A DNA stretch of 30,140 nucleotides from NCBI GenBank assembly GCA_965649055.1, contig CBFGJG010000023.1, forward strand, positions 1 to 30,140, in the 5' to 3' direction. The translations under genes and the position numbers were made by a program. Origin of the DNA: a candidate division WOR-3 bacterium (GTDB lineage: Bacteria; Hydrothermota; UBA3072; B12-G15). Below, one piece after another: positions 9,983 to 19,246 of this stretch. Numbering within the stretch: position 1 is the stretch's first letter; the number at the start of each line of letters is the position of its first letter. The notes beneath the pieces were generated by a model. That model saw only the letters and a program-made list of their open reading frames with translations. It was not told the DNA's origin and did no database searches.

Positions 9983-10563
9983 TCCTCCTTAAGTGAGTTA
10001 TAAGCAATCTTTATTGCCTCAATATTTTTTTCAACTATTTCTTCACCTTTTCTTCCCAATTTTAGTTTCAACTTATCTCTAACACTCACAAGCATATTTT
10101 CAAAATTAAGAATGCCGGTAGCCTTTATAAGTGCACCAAGCATAGGTGTATTCGGAATCGGTTTACCAAGCGTCTTTAAAGAGATATCATAAGCATCAAG
10201 TGTATAAACTTTTATATTATTTTTAATCCCGAGGATTTTCTTTATTTCTGATGGAGACTTGGTCGTATTTACAAGAATTTTCCCATTTTCCTTTATACCT
10301 GCTGTAACATCTATTTTACCTATCAATGTTGGGTCAAGCACAACAACGATATCCGGATTTTCTATACCTGAATGAATCCGTATAGGCCTTTGACTTAACC
10401 TATTATAAGCAGAAACAGGTGCACCTGTTCTTTCAGGTCCATATTCAGGGAAAGCCTGGATATACATTCCAGTATCAAGTGCTGCTTCGCCAAAAAGCAA
10501 AGCAATTGTTTTAGCACCTTGACCTCCCCTTCCATGCCATCTTATTTCAATCATATCTTTCAT
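9979..10563 (-). CDS. porC: Oxidoreductase gamma subunit
   Basis: EIRWHGRGGQG, FPEYGPERTGAPV, PNTPMLGA. Confidence 0.92.
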   Translation of the reverse strand: MKDMIEIRWHGRGGQGAKTIALLFGEAALDTGMYIQAFPEYGPERTGAPVSAYNRLSQRPIRIHSGIENPDIVVVLDPTLIGKIDVTAGIKENGKILVNTTKSPSEIKKILGIKNNIKVYTLDAYDISLKTLGKPIPNTPMLGALIKATGILNFENMLVSVRDKLKLKLGRKGEEIVEKNIEAIKIAYNSLKEE

Positions 10564-10582
10564 CTTAACTCCTTTTTTTTCT

Positions 10583-10610
10583 ATATTAATAACAATATAA
10601 AGATTGTCAA
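10583..10610 (-). promoter_or_regulatory. Promoter of the por operon
   Basis: TTGACA-N16-TAATAT upstream of an AAGGAG SD. Confidence 0.55.
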
Positions 10611-10615
10611 GAAAT

Positions 10616-12082
10616 TTAAGAATTATTTTTAAAATAATTTATAAAATCTTCTATCCTTTTTTCCATCCCCTCATTGTATTCCCTGTTAATCCATATATCT
10701 TCTTTTTTCTTCCATATATTATTCAGAACTTCAAGAATTTCCCATCTGTATGTAAAGTTCCTTCCTTTTATTCTTGACAGAAATTTTATCTGTTCCTGGC
10801 TCAAATTTTCGTTTAGTATATATTTTTCTAATTTTTCAGGAGCAATAAATATATTTTCCACCTTTGCACCTTCTACAATATCCTTTGCCTTTCTTTTTTC
10901 AATACCTATTTTTATCAATTCGAAATAAAGTTCATATGCTTTATTAAATGATTTATTTTTAATATCTTTAATGGATTCAACATCTACTCTTTCATTTTTT
11001 AATTTTTTAATATATTCATCATTGATCACATAAGTTATGGTTTTCTGAATCTCTACCTTAAAAACATTCTGAACAAAAAATAACAAGAAAAATGTTAATA
11101 TCATTGTTAATAACGGGGAGAAAATCCATCCTGCAATAATCTTATAAACTGATTTAAAATTCATCCCCCTTATACCTTTGGCAAAACCTATACCAAGAAC
11201 CCCTCCAACAACGCAATGAGAACTGGATACTGGAACAAGCGGGATCTTCGGCAGGTTAAGCATACCAAGTAGTCTTGATAGATTTTTTGAACTGAATAAA
11301 AAAAGAACTATTGATTCTGAAAGCACTACAACAAATGCACTTAAAGGTGAAAGTTTGAATATTTCACCACCTATAGTATTTATTACCTTTTTTGAATATG
11401 TTATTATTCCCAATGCAATAGAAACTCCTCCCAAAAAAAGAAGTATCTGATAACTTTTTATCTTTATAATATTAAAAACTACAATATCTGCTAAAGGAAA
11501 ATTTGGTATAAAGATACCAACGACATTTGCTATATTATTCGCACCAAGGGTATAAGCTCCAAGAATAGCGGTTAGTATCAAACCTTCCCTTAACATATTA
11601 TCAATAGTTAAAAGATGAATTTTTATTTTCTTTAGCACCCTTCTTAATAACTTGAACAAAAGGAATGAAATCACCCCTGTTAATAAAGGTGAAAAAAACC
11701 AACTCAGGATAATATTTCTTAAAGACTTTGAATCTATAAAAGAACCTGTGTATAAATTCCATCCTATTATACCACCTATTATTGCCTGTGTTGTGGAAAC
11801 AGGAAGCCCTGTCTTTGTCATAAAAGTCACAATTATTGCAGCACATAAAGCTACTGTGAATGCACCACCTATTGCATTTATTGAACCAAGTTTTACAATG
11901 GTAAAAGAAGTTCCACTACCTCCAATAACTGAACCTAAGATTACAAAAATTGAAGCAAGTGTTGCTGCTCTCTTGAATGTAAACATCCTTGTTTTAACAC
12001 CTGTACCGAATATATTTGCAGCATCATTTGCACCAAGTGACCAACCGAGAAAAAGACCACTTAAAATGAAGAATAAAGACAT
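10616..12082 (-). CDS. Inorganic phosphate transporter, PiT family, with a soluble C-terminal extension
   Basis: GANDAAN and GANNIAN signatures, PVSTT/PVSSSH, many hydrophobic helices. Confidence 0.9.
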   Translation of the reverse strand: MSLFFILSGLFLGWSLGANDAANIFGTGVKTRMFTFKRAATLASIFVILGSVIGGSGTSFTIVKLGSINAIGGAFTVALCAAIIVTFMTKTGLPVSTTQAIIGGIIGWNLYTGSFIDSKSLRNIILSWFFSPLLTGVISFLLFKLLRRVLKKIKIHLLTIDNMLREGLILTAILGAYTLGANNIANVVGIFIPNFPLADIVVFNIIKIKSYQILLFLGGVSIALGIITYSKKVINTIGGEIFKLSPLSAFVVVLSESIVLFLFSSKNLSRLLGMLNLPKIPLVPVSSSHCVVGGVLGIGFAKGIRGMNFKSVYKIIAGWIFSPLLTMILTFFLLFFVQNVFKVEIQKTITYVINDEYIKKLKNERVDVESIKDIKNKSFNKAYELYFELIKIGIEKRKAKDIVEGAKVENIFIAPEKLEKYILNENLSQEQIKFLSRIKGRNFTYRWEILEVLNNIWKKKEDIWINREYNEGMEKRIEDFINYFKNNS

Positions 12083-12083
12083 T

Positions 12084-12725
12084 TTACCATGTTTCTCTCT
12101 TCAGGGTATATATTGTAAGTCTATCAGTAACATCCTCTGTAAGGTCCGCAATCTGTTCAAGTTTTTCAACAAAATATTTTAACTGGATTTTATTTGCTAA
12201 TGAGTATTTTTCCTTGAATACAGCCCTCTTAATTCCTTCAGCAATTCTATCAGAATCTTTTTCAAAAATCTTTACTTTATTAATATAATCTCTAATTGAA
12301 GAAATATCCCTGAAATATGAACGTATTGCCATAACCATAGAATCAACTGAATCTGATACAGCATTAACAAGTTCAATGAATTTATTAATGTATTTTTCAG
12401 GTATTACTGGATTTTCAATTGAAAGATTTATAGTTGATTTCGAAAGAAGATTCAGCACATTATCTGAATTTTCAAGTATTGCAAGAACATCCCCTCTTCC
12501 ATGCGGAATTAAAGTTTCAGAATAGATTTTATTTTCTATATCCCTTCTTAAAGAGTCTGCTTCTTCTTCAATTGAATCAATTGATTTTATATAAAATTCA
12601 CATTCAGTTTGATTTTTATTAAGATAGCACTTCCATGACTTTTTGAAATCCAATGATGCCTTTTGTATCACATCAAGGAATTTATCTATTTTATCCTCAA
12701 TATCTTTAGTTTTTTTGTATAACAT
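12084..12725 (-). CDS. DUF47 / PhoU-like phosphate transport regulator
   Basis: Repeated E..AD..RR and EKDSD motifs, IAD..ED; adjacent to PiT. Confidence 0.85.
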   Translation of the reverse strand: MLYKKTKDIEDKIDKFLDVIQKASLDFKKSWKCYLNKNQTECEFYIKSIDSIEEEADSLRRDIENKIYSETLIPHGRGDVLAILENSDNVLNLLSKSTINLSIENPVIPEKYINKFIELVNAVSDSVDSMVMAIRSYFRDISSIRDYINKVKIFEKDSDRIAEGIKRAVFKEKYSLANKIQLKYFVEKLEQIADLTEDVTDRLTIYTLKRETW

Positions 12726-12730
12726 ATTTC

Positions 12731-12761
12731 AAAAAAAAAGGCTCCCGAAGGAGCCTTTTTT
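12731..12761 (-). terminator. Intrinsic terminator of csp (possibly bidirectional)
   Basis: GGCTCC-TTCG-GGAGCC hairpin on the minus strand flanked by A and T tracts. Confidence 0.85.
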
Positions 12762-12781
12762 GAGCACCTATTTAATAAACC

Positions 12782-12985
12782 TCAGTTTGCTTTCACTACA
12801 TTTTCAGCCTTTAAACCCTTTTCACCCTGCACAATGTCAAACTCTACCTTGTCTCCTTCCTTCAAAGTCTTAAAACCGTCCTTCTTAATTGCCGAAAAAT
12901 GTACAAATACATCGGTGCCGTCCTCCATGGCGATAAAGCCATAGCCTTTCTTCTCGTTAAACCATTTTACACTACCACGAGCCAT
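12782..12985 (-). CDS. Cold-shock protein (67 aa, start revised to [10 protein letters not shown])
   Basis: KWFN, KGYGFI (RNP1), VFVHF (RNP2); SD AAGGAGG upstream of ATG at 12985. Confidence 0.95.
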   Translation of the reverse strand: MARGSVKWFNEKKGYGFIAMEDGTDVFVHFSAIKKDGFKTLKEGDKVEFDIVQGEKGLKAENVVKAN

Positions 12986-13015
12986 ATACAAAAAACCTCC
13001 TTTTAAGTTTTTTAT

Positions 13016-13043
13016 AATATAATAAAATGTTAACATTTGTCAA
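13016..13043 (-). promoter_or_regulatory. csp promoter containing a 14-bp palindrome
   Basis: TTGACA-N16-TATATT; AAATGTTAACATTT at 13025-13038. Confidence 0.55.
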
Positions 13044-13096
13044 GTGAGATTTTCAAAATAATTGAAAAAAATTTTTTTATATTTATAATGATGATT

Positions 13097-13786
13097 ATGA
13101 AAGAAAAAGAAATGGATTTTTTTGAACATCTTGAAGAACTAAGAAAAAGAATTATTTATTCATTTATATATATTCTTTTTTTCTCCTCATTAATATTCCC
13201 TTTTTCTAATAAGGTTATTGAGTTTATATCTGAACCTGTCAAAAAACTTTATTTTTTTTCTCCACAGGAGGCAATCTTCATAAGATTAAAAATTTCTTTT
13301 GCAATAGGAATTGTCTTATCGCTTCCTTTTGTTATTCATCAAATATATCTTTTTATATTACCTGCATTAACGGAGAAAGAAAAAAAAATTGCAAACATTT
13401 TTATTTTCTCAACATTTATTCTTTTTTATGCCAGTCTCTTTGTATCTTTTTTTATATTCATTCCTTTCATCGTAAAAATGCTTCTTAAAATTAGTGGAAA
13501 TATGATACCTATGATAAATGTATCAAATTATTTTTCTTTTCTTATATGGATATCAGCGGGATTTGGGATAGCATTCCAATTTCCTGTTCTTTCAGTAATC
13601 TTAAAAAAACTTGGAATAATTGATACTATCTGGATGCTCAGAAACTGGAGGTTTATTGTTATATTTGTATTCATTTTTTCAGCAATTATTACTCCGACAT
13701 ATGATATTATTACAATGTTAATAGTTGCAATTCCACTTTTTGCTGTTTATATATTAAGTATTTTATCAACATTAATGGTGAGATGA
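13097..13786 (+). CDS. tatC: Twin-arginine translocase subunit TatC (start revised, uncertain)
   Basis: FFEHLEELRKR, SPQEA, FILPALTEKEK, FQFPV, SAIITPTYD. Confidence 0.9.
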   Translation: MKEKEMDFFEHLEELRKRIIYSFIYILFFSSLIFPFSNKVIEFISEPVKKLYFFSPQEAIFIRLKISFAIGIVLSLPFVIHQIYLFILPALTEKEKKIANIFIFSTFILFYASLFVSFFIFIPFIVKMLLKISGNMIPMINVSNYFSFLIWISAGFGIAFQFPVLSVILKKLGIIDTIWMLRNWRFIVIFVFIFSAIITPTYDIITMLIVAIPLFAVYILSILSTLMVR

Positions 13787-13787
13787 T

Positions 13788-15125
13788 ATGTTCACAGGGA
13801 TTTTGTTAAGTTATGAAATAAAGGAACTTTCAAGATTTTTAAATGAAGAAATTCTTTCTTTTTCAAGAGACAAGCAGGATTTTTATATAGCTACAAAGAA
13901 AGGAACAATAATTATAAACACAGGTGAATTTTCACATATTAGATTTGCTGAAGAAAAAATTGAAAAAGAGAGATTTTTTTCAAGTTATTTAGAAGGGAAA
14001 AAAATAATTGAATTCAAACAGGAAGGATTTGATAGAATTCTTGATATTATTATAAATGGAATAATTCTAAAAATATTATTTTTTGGAAGACATTCCAATA
14101 TTATAATATATGAAAACGAGAAAATAATTTTTTCATTGAAGAAAAACTTGGAAATAAAAAAAACCGAAGGAATATCATTAGAATCAGATTTAGCATTTGA
14201 AGAAATAAAGAAAGGTGGAAACATAATAGGGCTTACAAAGACATTTATAAACCATTTAAGAAAACTAAATGATGAAGATATAAGAGAATTTCTTAAATTT
14301 AATTATTCCCCCTGTTATAATGAAAATATAGTATCCCCATTTTATATTCCCAGCTTTAAAAATGCTTCAAGTGTAAATGATGGAATATCACTTTTTTTAA
14401 AGGAAAAAGAAAAGATTAAAAAACAATCAGCATCTATTATAGATAAGAAGATAGAATCTTTACAAAAAGCGATAGATGAACTTTCAAGTCCAGTTGAATA
14501 TGAGCATTACAGATTATGGGGAGAATTAATTATGATGAATTTAAATGTAAAACCCGAGAATCCATTAAGATTAAAGACATATACAGGTGAAGATATATAT
14601 ATACCTATTGATTTAAGTAAAAATCTTAAAAGAAACGCTGAAGAATACTTTAAGTTATACAGGAAGGGTAAATCAAGGGAAGAAAAAAGATTAAAAACGA
14701 TAGAAGAATTAAAAAAGAAGATAGAAGAGTTAAAAAATAAAGGTATATCTTTTGAAAAAGAAGAAAAGGAAGAAAGAAAGAAATTCAAAGAATTTAAGAC
14801 ATCATCAGGTCTATTAATACTTGTCGGTAAGAGTGCAAAAAATAATGATGAATTGACATTCAAGAAAGCAAGAAAGTTTGATTATTTTTTTCATGTCAGG
14901 GAAGCCCCGGGAGCACACACAATTCTTTTTTTAAAGGATAAAAATATAAAACCTTCAAAGAAGGATATAGAAGAAGCAGCAGTAATTGCTGCGAAAAATA
15001 GTAAAGCAAGGAATTCTTCTATTGTTCCTGTAAGCTATACAGAAGTAAGGTATTTGAGAAAGGTAAAGGGCAAACCCGGTGCAGTAATATTAAACAAGGA
15101 AAAAGTGATATTTGTAAGGCTTTAA
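13788..15125 (+). CDS. NFACT-family ribosome quality control protein (RqcH/FbpA-like), compact
   Basis: QEGFDRI, NAEEYFKLYRK, VGKSAKNNDELT, FFHVREAPGAH, VSYTEVRY. Confidence 0.85.
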   Translation: MFTGILLSYEIKELSRFLNEEILSFSRDKQDFYIATKKGTIIINTGEFSHIRFAEEKIEKERFFSSYLEGKKIIEFKQEGFDRILDIIINGIILKILFFGRHSNIIIYENEKIIFSLKKNLEIKKTEGISLESDLAFEEIKKGGNIIGLTKTFINHLRKLNDEDIREFLKFNYSPCYNENIVSPFYIPSFKNASSVNDGISLFLKEKEKIKKQSASIIDKKIESLQKAIDELSSPVEYEHYRLWGELIMMNLNVKPENPLRLKTYTGEDIYIPIDLSKNLKRNAEEYFKLYRKGKSREEKRLKTIEELKKKIEELKNKGISFEKEEKEERKKFKEFKTSSGLLILVGKSAKNNDELTFKKARKFDYFFHVREAPGAHTILFLKDKNIKPSKKDIEEAAVIAAKNSKARNSSIVPVSYTEVRYLRKVKGKPGAVILNKEKVIFVRL

Positions 15126-15129
15126 AAAA

Positions 15130-15684
15130 TTATTTTGTTTTTTCTCCGCCCCTTCTTACTAACGGAATATTATTTTTACACAATGGACAATTTTCTGGTT
15201 TAAAATTTTGAACGGGCATTTTAATAATTGATTTGACAGGATATTGTATACCTGTTTCACCCTCGCTTCTGTCAATGAGAACATATACACCTATTATATT
15301 TTTGCCCTTCAGAGAATCAATTGTTGCTTTAACTGATTTCCCTGTTGTTAATACATCATCAACTACAATTATCCTATCTTCATCTTTTATATCAAATCCT
15401 CTTTTTAAGACCATACCATTTTCTGATTTTTCTGAGAATGCTGCTTTACAACCAAGTATCCTTGCAGATTCAAATGCTATTATTGCACCACCTACAACAG
15501 GCCCAACAACCCATTTAATATCATTTAAACCTTTTAGTAAATCCTTAAGTAAATCAGAAAGTAAATAAGGCTTTTCAATTAATCTGAATTTTTCAAAATA
15601 TGTGTCTGAATGAAGACCCGATGTCAGGAGAAAATGTCCTTTTAAGATTACACCTTCATTTTCAAGAATACTTTGATAATCCAT
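15130..15684 (-). CDS. pyrE: Orotate phosphoribosyltransferase (start revised to MDYQ)
   Basis: GHFLLTSGLHS, VVDDVLTTGKS PRPP motif, C-terminal CPLC; pyr operon context. Confidence 0.92.
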   Translation of the reverse strand: MDYQSILENEGVILKGHFLLTSGLHSDTYFEKFRLIEKPYLLSDLLKDLLKGLNDIKWVVGPVVGGAIIAFESARILGCKAAFSEKSENGMVLKRGFDIKDEDRIIVVDDVLTTGKSVKATIDSLKGKNIIGVYVLIDRSEGETGIQYPVKSIIKMPVQNFKPENCPLCKNNIPLVRRGGEKTK

Positions 15685-16384
15685 TTTCCATCTCCTCAAT
15701 TATTTTTATTGCTGCACCTTTAGGGTCTTCCGCTGATAAAATTGGTCTACCAACAACGATATAATCAGCACCATTCTTCATTGCCTCTTCAGGTGTGCCT
15801 GTCCTTGCGTGATCCATTGTATCAAAATCTTTAGGTCTAATTCCAGGGGTTACAACAAGGAAATCTTTTCCACATGCATTTTTTATCTTTGAAATTTCAA
15901 TTGGAGAAGCAATAACTCCGGATATTCCGGCACTTTTTGCAAGCATAGCAAGCTGAACTATCTCTTCATCTATTGATTTATTCACACCAAGAAAATCATT
16001 AAGAAATGCCTGGTCAAGGCTTGTTAAGATTGTAACTCCAAGAAGTATAACCTGTTCGCCATTTGGAGCCCAACTCATCTTCTGCGATGCTTCCATCACT
16101 TCAAAACCTCCAAGTGTATGAATAGTAATCATATTGACCCCCATCATTGCAGCAACACCAACTGTCTTTGAAACTACATTCGGTATATCATGCAATTTAA
16201 GGTCAAGAAAAACCTTTTTATCTTTATCCTTTAGGTATTTTACAATATCAGGTCCTACAGATGTAAATAATTGAACACCTACCTTATAAAATGATATTAT
16301 ATCTCCCAGAATCTCAACTTTTTCTTTCGCAGTTTTAAAGTCACTCACATCAAGTGCTACAATCAATCTTTCATTTACTTCCAT
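15662..16384 (-). CDS. pyrF: Orotidine-5'-phosphate decarboxylase
   Basis: LIVALD, FLDLKLHDIPN, VTPGIRP, VVGRPI. Confidence 0.96.
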   Translation of the reverse strand: MEVNERLIVALDVSDFKTAKEKVEILGDIISFYKVGVQLFTSVGPDIVKYLKDKDKKVFLDLKLHDIPNVVSKTVGVAAMMGVNMITIHTLGGFEVMEASQKMSWAPNGEQVILLGVTILTSLDQAFLNDFLGVNKSIDEEIVQLAMLAKSAGISGVIASPIEISKIKNACGKDFLVVTPGIRPKDFDTMDHARTGTPEEAMKNGADYIVVGRPILSAEDPKGAAIKIIEEMENGLSKYS

Positions 16385-17267
16385 TACGCACCTCCATTTT
16401 CCCTTTTAGTTCAATTATACTATTAATTTTATAAAAATCAAGAAAGTTATTTATTTTTTTAATCATCTCGTTTACCAAAAAAGGATTTTTAAATATTGCA
16501 CTGCCTATCTCAACTAAACTTGCTCCACACAATACATACTCAATCACATCTTCCCATTTTGTTATTCCACCTGATGCTATTATTGGTATTTTTAACTTTT
16601 TGGAAAGGCTCCACACTCTAAACATAGTTAATGGTTTTATAGCAGGTCCTGATACACCTCCAGTTATTCCACCAAGAACAGGTTTTCTTGAATGTATATC
16701 AACAATAAGTCCTCTATATGTATTAGCACAAACTATACCATCAGCACCTGCTTCCTCAGCAGCAATTGAAACATCAATAAAATAATCTGTATCAGGAATT
16801 ATTTTTACAAAAATTAATTTATCTGTTTTTTCCCTTACGTTTTTTGTTATTTTATATACTATATCTGGATTTCTTCCGAAATATGTCCCTTCATAATTAG
16901 GACAGGAAACATTAATTTCATAGCCATCAAGAAAATCTAATTTTTCAACTACTTTCTCAAACTCTTCAACATCTTTACCAAAGATATTTCCAAATACTTT
17001 TGTTCCCAAATTTTTTATATCCTCTTTTCTTCTAATAATTTCATCAACTCCGTTATTATGTAATCCAATTGAATTTATCATACCACAGGATGTCTCGTAA
17101 ATTCTTGGTGGTGGATTTCCTGATTTCCCTTCAAGATTAACACCTTTTAATATAACACCTGCATAATCAGAAGTTTTTAGACCTGAATCAATATCCCATA
17201 CACCCGATGCAAGAAGAAATGGATTTTTAAATTTTATATTTCTTATAATTATTTCAATCTTACTCAA
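16371..17267 (-). CDS. pyrD: Dihydroorotate dehydrogenase, family 1B catalytic subunit
   Basis: GNPPPRI, NSIGLHN, EINVSCPN, GGVSGPAIKP. Confidence 0.93.
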   Translation of the reverse strand: MSKIEIIIRNIKFKNPFLLASGVWDIDSGLKTSDYAGVILKGVNLEGKSGNPPPRIYETSCGMINSIGLHNNGVDEIIRRKEDIKNLGTKVFGNIFGKDVEEFEKVVEKLDFLDGYEINVSCPNYEGTYFGRNPDIVYKITKNVREKTDKLIFVKIIPDTDYFIDVSIAAEEAGADGIVCANTYRGLIVDIHSRKPVLGGITGGVSGPAIKPLTMFRVWSLSKKLKIPIIASGGITKWEDVIEYVLCGASLVEIGSAIFKNPFLVNEMIKKINNFLDFYKINSIIELKGKMEVRNGSK

Positions 17268-17997
17268 TTTTCACCTCTTTACTCAAAAAAACAGGACCAT
17301 CCTTACAAACAAGTTTATATCCTGAATTGGTCAAAACTGCACAACCTTTACAACCACCAAATCCACATCCCATTCTTTCCTCAAGATAAAAATATATTGG
17401 TATTTTTAGACTATCTTCTAATTCTTTAAGTTTTTTAAGCATCTGTTTAGGACCACAGGCATAAATAGTTCTACCTTCAATATTTATTTCCTTAATCTTT
17501 TCTAAGAAGAGATCAATCACATTACTTTTATATCCATAACTTCCATCTTCAGTAGAGACAAAAATCTTTTCTTTATTTACAAATTTTGAACATATTATGT
17601 CCTCTTTTGTTTTACCTCCCAAGAAGAATATAAAGTCATCTGTAAACTTCGAATGAAAATAAAGCGGGGCAAAACCAATACCGCCAGCTATAAAGATTGC
17701 GTTTTTTTTGTTTTTTACACTGTTTCCATAAGGACCTGTAATAAAAATTTCGTAATTAATCTTCAAATTGGAGAGAAATTCACTGAATCTTCCGACATTT
17801 TTAATCAAAAAACAGATTTCATCACAAGAAAAATCAAATACTGAATAAGGTCTCGGAAGAAAAAATCTATCAGATTCATCTGAAAGCATAAAAAAATTCC
17901 CCGGAAGTGGTTTATTATTGAATTTACCTTTAAATTTCAACAAATGGAAATTTCCGATTTTATCATTTCTGATCAGTTTTATTTTCAATCTTTCCAA
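17260..17997 (-). CDS. pyrK: Dihydroorotate dehydrogenase electron transfer subunit
   Basis: RPYS, GPYGN, AGGIGFAP, ACGP, MGCGFGGCKGC...VCKDGPVF (2Fe-2S). Confidence 0.9.
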   Translation of the reverse strand: MERLKIKLIRNDKIGNFHLLKFKGKFNNKPLPGNFFMLSDESDRFFLPRPYSVFDFSCDEICFLIKNVGRFSEFLSNLKINYEIFITGPYGNSVKNKKNAIFIAGGIGFAPLYFHSKFTDDFIFFLGGKTKEDIICSKFVNKEKIFVSTEDGSYGYKSNVIDLFLEKIKEINIEGRTIYACGPKQMLKKLKELEDSLKIPIYFYLEERMGCGFGGCKGCAVLTNSGYKLVCKDGPVFLSKEVKIE

Positions 17998-19246
17998 TTA
18001 TTTCCTCCGCTGAAATTGAATATATGGTTCCAGGAAATTTAGATTTAATTTTTGTGAATGTATTTAATGCAGATACCGTATCATTTATTTTTTCGAGATA
18101 AATTATTCCTAATGCATACATTGATTTCGGAACAAAAAATGTATCATCATACTCTTCGGATATTCTTTTATATAAATCATATGCCTTCATATAATCATTT
18201 TTATAAATAAAATACCCTTCTGCAAGAAGAAAGAGTCTTGAAATCAGAGTATCATTATTTATAGTGAGCGAATCTTTCTTCTCATATAACAAGGAAAGAT
18301 AATTTGCTTTCCTTTTTACAAAAAAAAGCAATGAATCAGGAACATTAAATGTTGTTGCCTTCTTCAGAACTTCGTAAGATTTCAAGCTATCATTAATTGA
18401 TTCGTAAATCTCATCAAGTAACAAAGCAGCGGATAATCCAAGCTTATCTCTTCTTGTCTGGAAAATATTTTCTATCTCCATTACTGCACTGTCATTAAAC
18501 CCCAACTTATAAAAACATTCTGCTTTAACAATTTTTGCATCAGGTGAATTGTAATTTCTTGTAATATCAATTGCCTTCCTGAGACTATCAAGAGATATGT
18601 ATAACTTTGCTATCTTTAGACCAATAGATTCAGCCTCTTCAATCTTAAACATTTCTTTTAAATAGAATAGTGCTTTTGTTGTATCATTCATAGAAAGATA
18701 CGCATCAGAAATAATTTTTAGAATCTCCTGTTTCTTTTCAGGGAATTTTTTAAGAGCAAATTCACCGGATTCGATTACTTTTGCAGTTTCTCCTTTTTTT
18801 AGATAAATTTTTAATTCTTCTTTTGTTGCTTCTTTACTTACTTCCCATATATTATATTTTTTAGCAATTAAAAGATTTCCTTCTGCTTCTTCAATCTCAT
18901 TATCAATTATATTTATCTTCGCAAGATAGAGATATACATAAGAAATAAATTGTGAGTTTGAAAATTTATTTTTAAATTCGGTAAATTTAATCTTTGCTTT
19001 CGCATATTCACCCATCTCAAAATAATTTAGAGCAAGAAGATATAGAGCATCATCTGCCCATTTAGAATTTGGGAACCAATTTAAAACTTTCTCACATTTT
19101 TCAGCACTTCTCTTGAAAAGGTCTAAATAAGGAGAACCTGTTTTTTTTCTTTGAATTCCTTCATTGTAATATTTTTTTGCATTATATAGAGTATTATAAT
19201 ATGCACAACCTTGCAAAAAAAATATTATAAGAATAAATTTCTTCAC
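17963..19246 (-). CDS. TPR-repeat lipoprotein
   Basis: Signal peptide with LQGC lipobox, FPNSKWADDALY and other TPR/BamD-like motifs; GTG start. Confidence 0.7.
   Translation of the reverse strand: MKKFILIIFFLQGCAYYNTLYNAKKYYNEGIQRKKTGSPYLDLFKRSAEKCEKVLNWFPNSKWADDALYLLALNYFEMGEYAKAKIKFTEFKNKFSNSQFISYVYLYLAKINIIDNEIEEAEGNLLIAKKYNIWEVSKEATKEELKIYLKKGETAKVIESGEFALKKFPEKKQEILKIISDAYLSMNDTTKALFYLKEMFKIEEAESIGLKIAKLYISLDSLRKAIDITRNYNSPDAKIVKAECFYKLGFNDSAVMEIENIFQTRRDKLGLSAALLLDEIYESINDSLKSYEVLKKATTFNVPDSLLFFVKRKANYLSLLYEKKDSLTINNDTLISRLFLLAEGYFIYKNDYMKAYDLYKRISEEYDDTFFVPKSMYALGIIYLEKINDTVSALNTFTKIKSKFPGTIYSISAEEIIGKIENKTDQK

Noticed and set aside
12986..13096. Longer TTG-start versions of csp (13036) and tatC (13037)
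   Set aside because: They run through the divergent promoter region; SD and family N-termini support later starts
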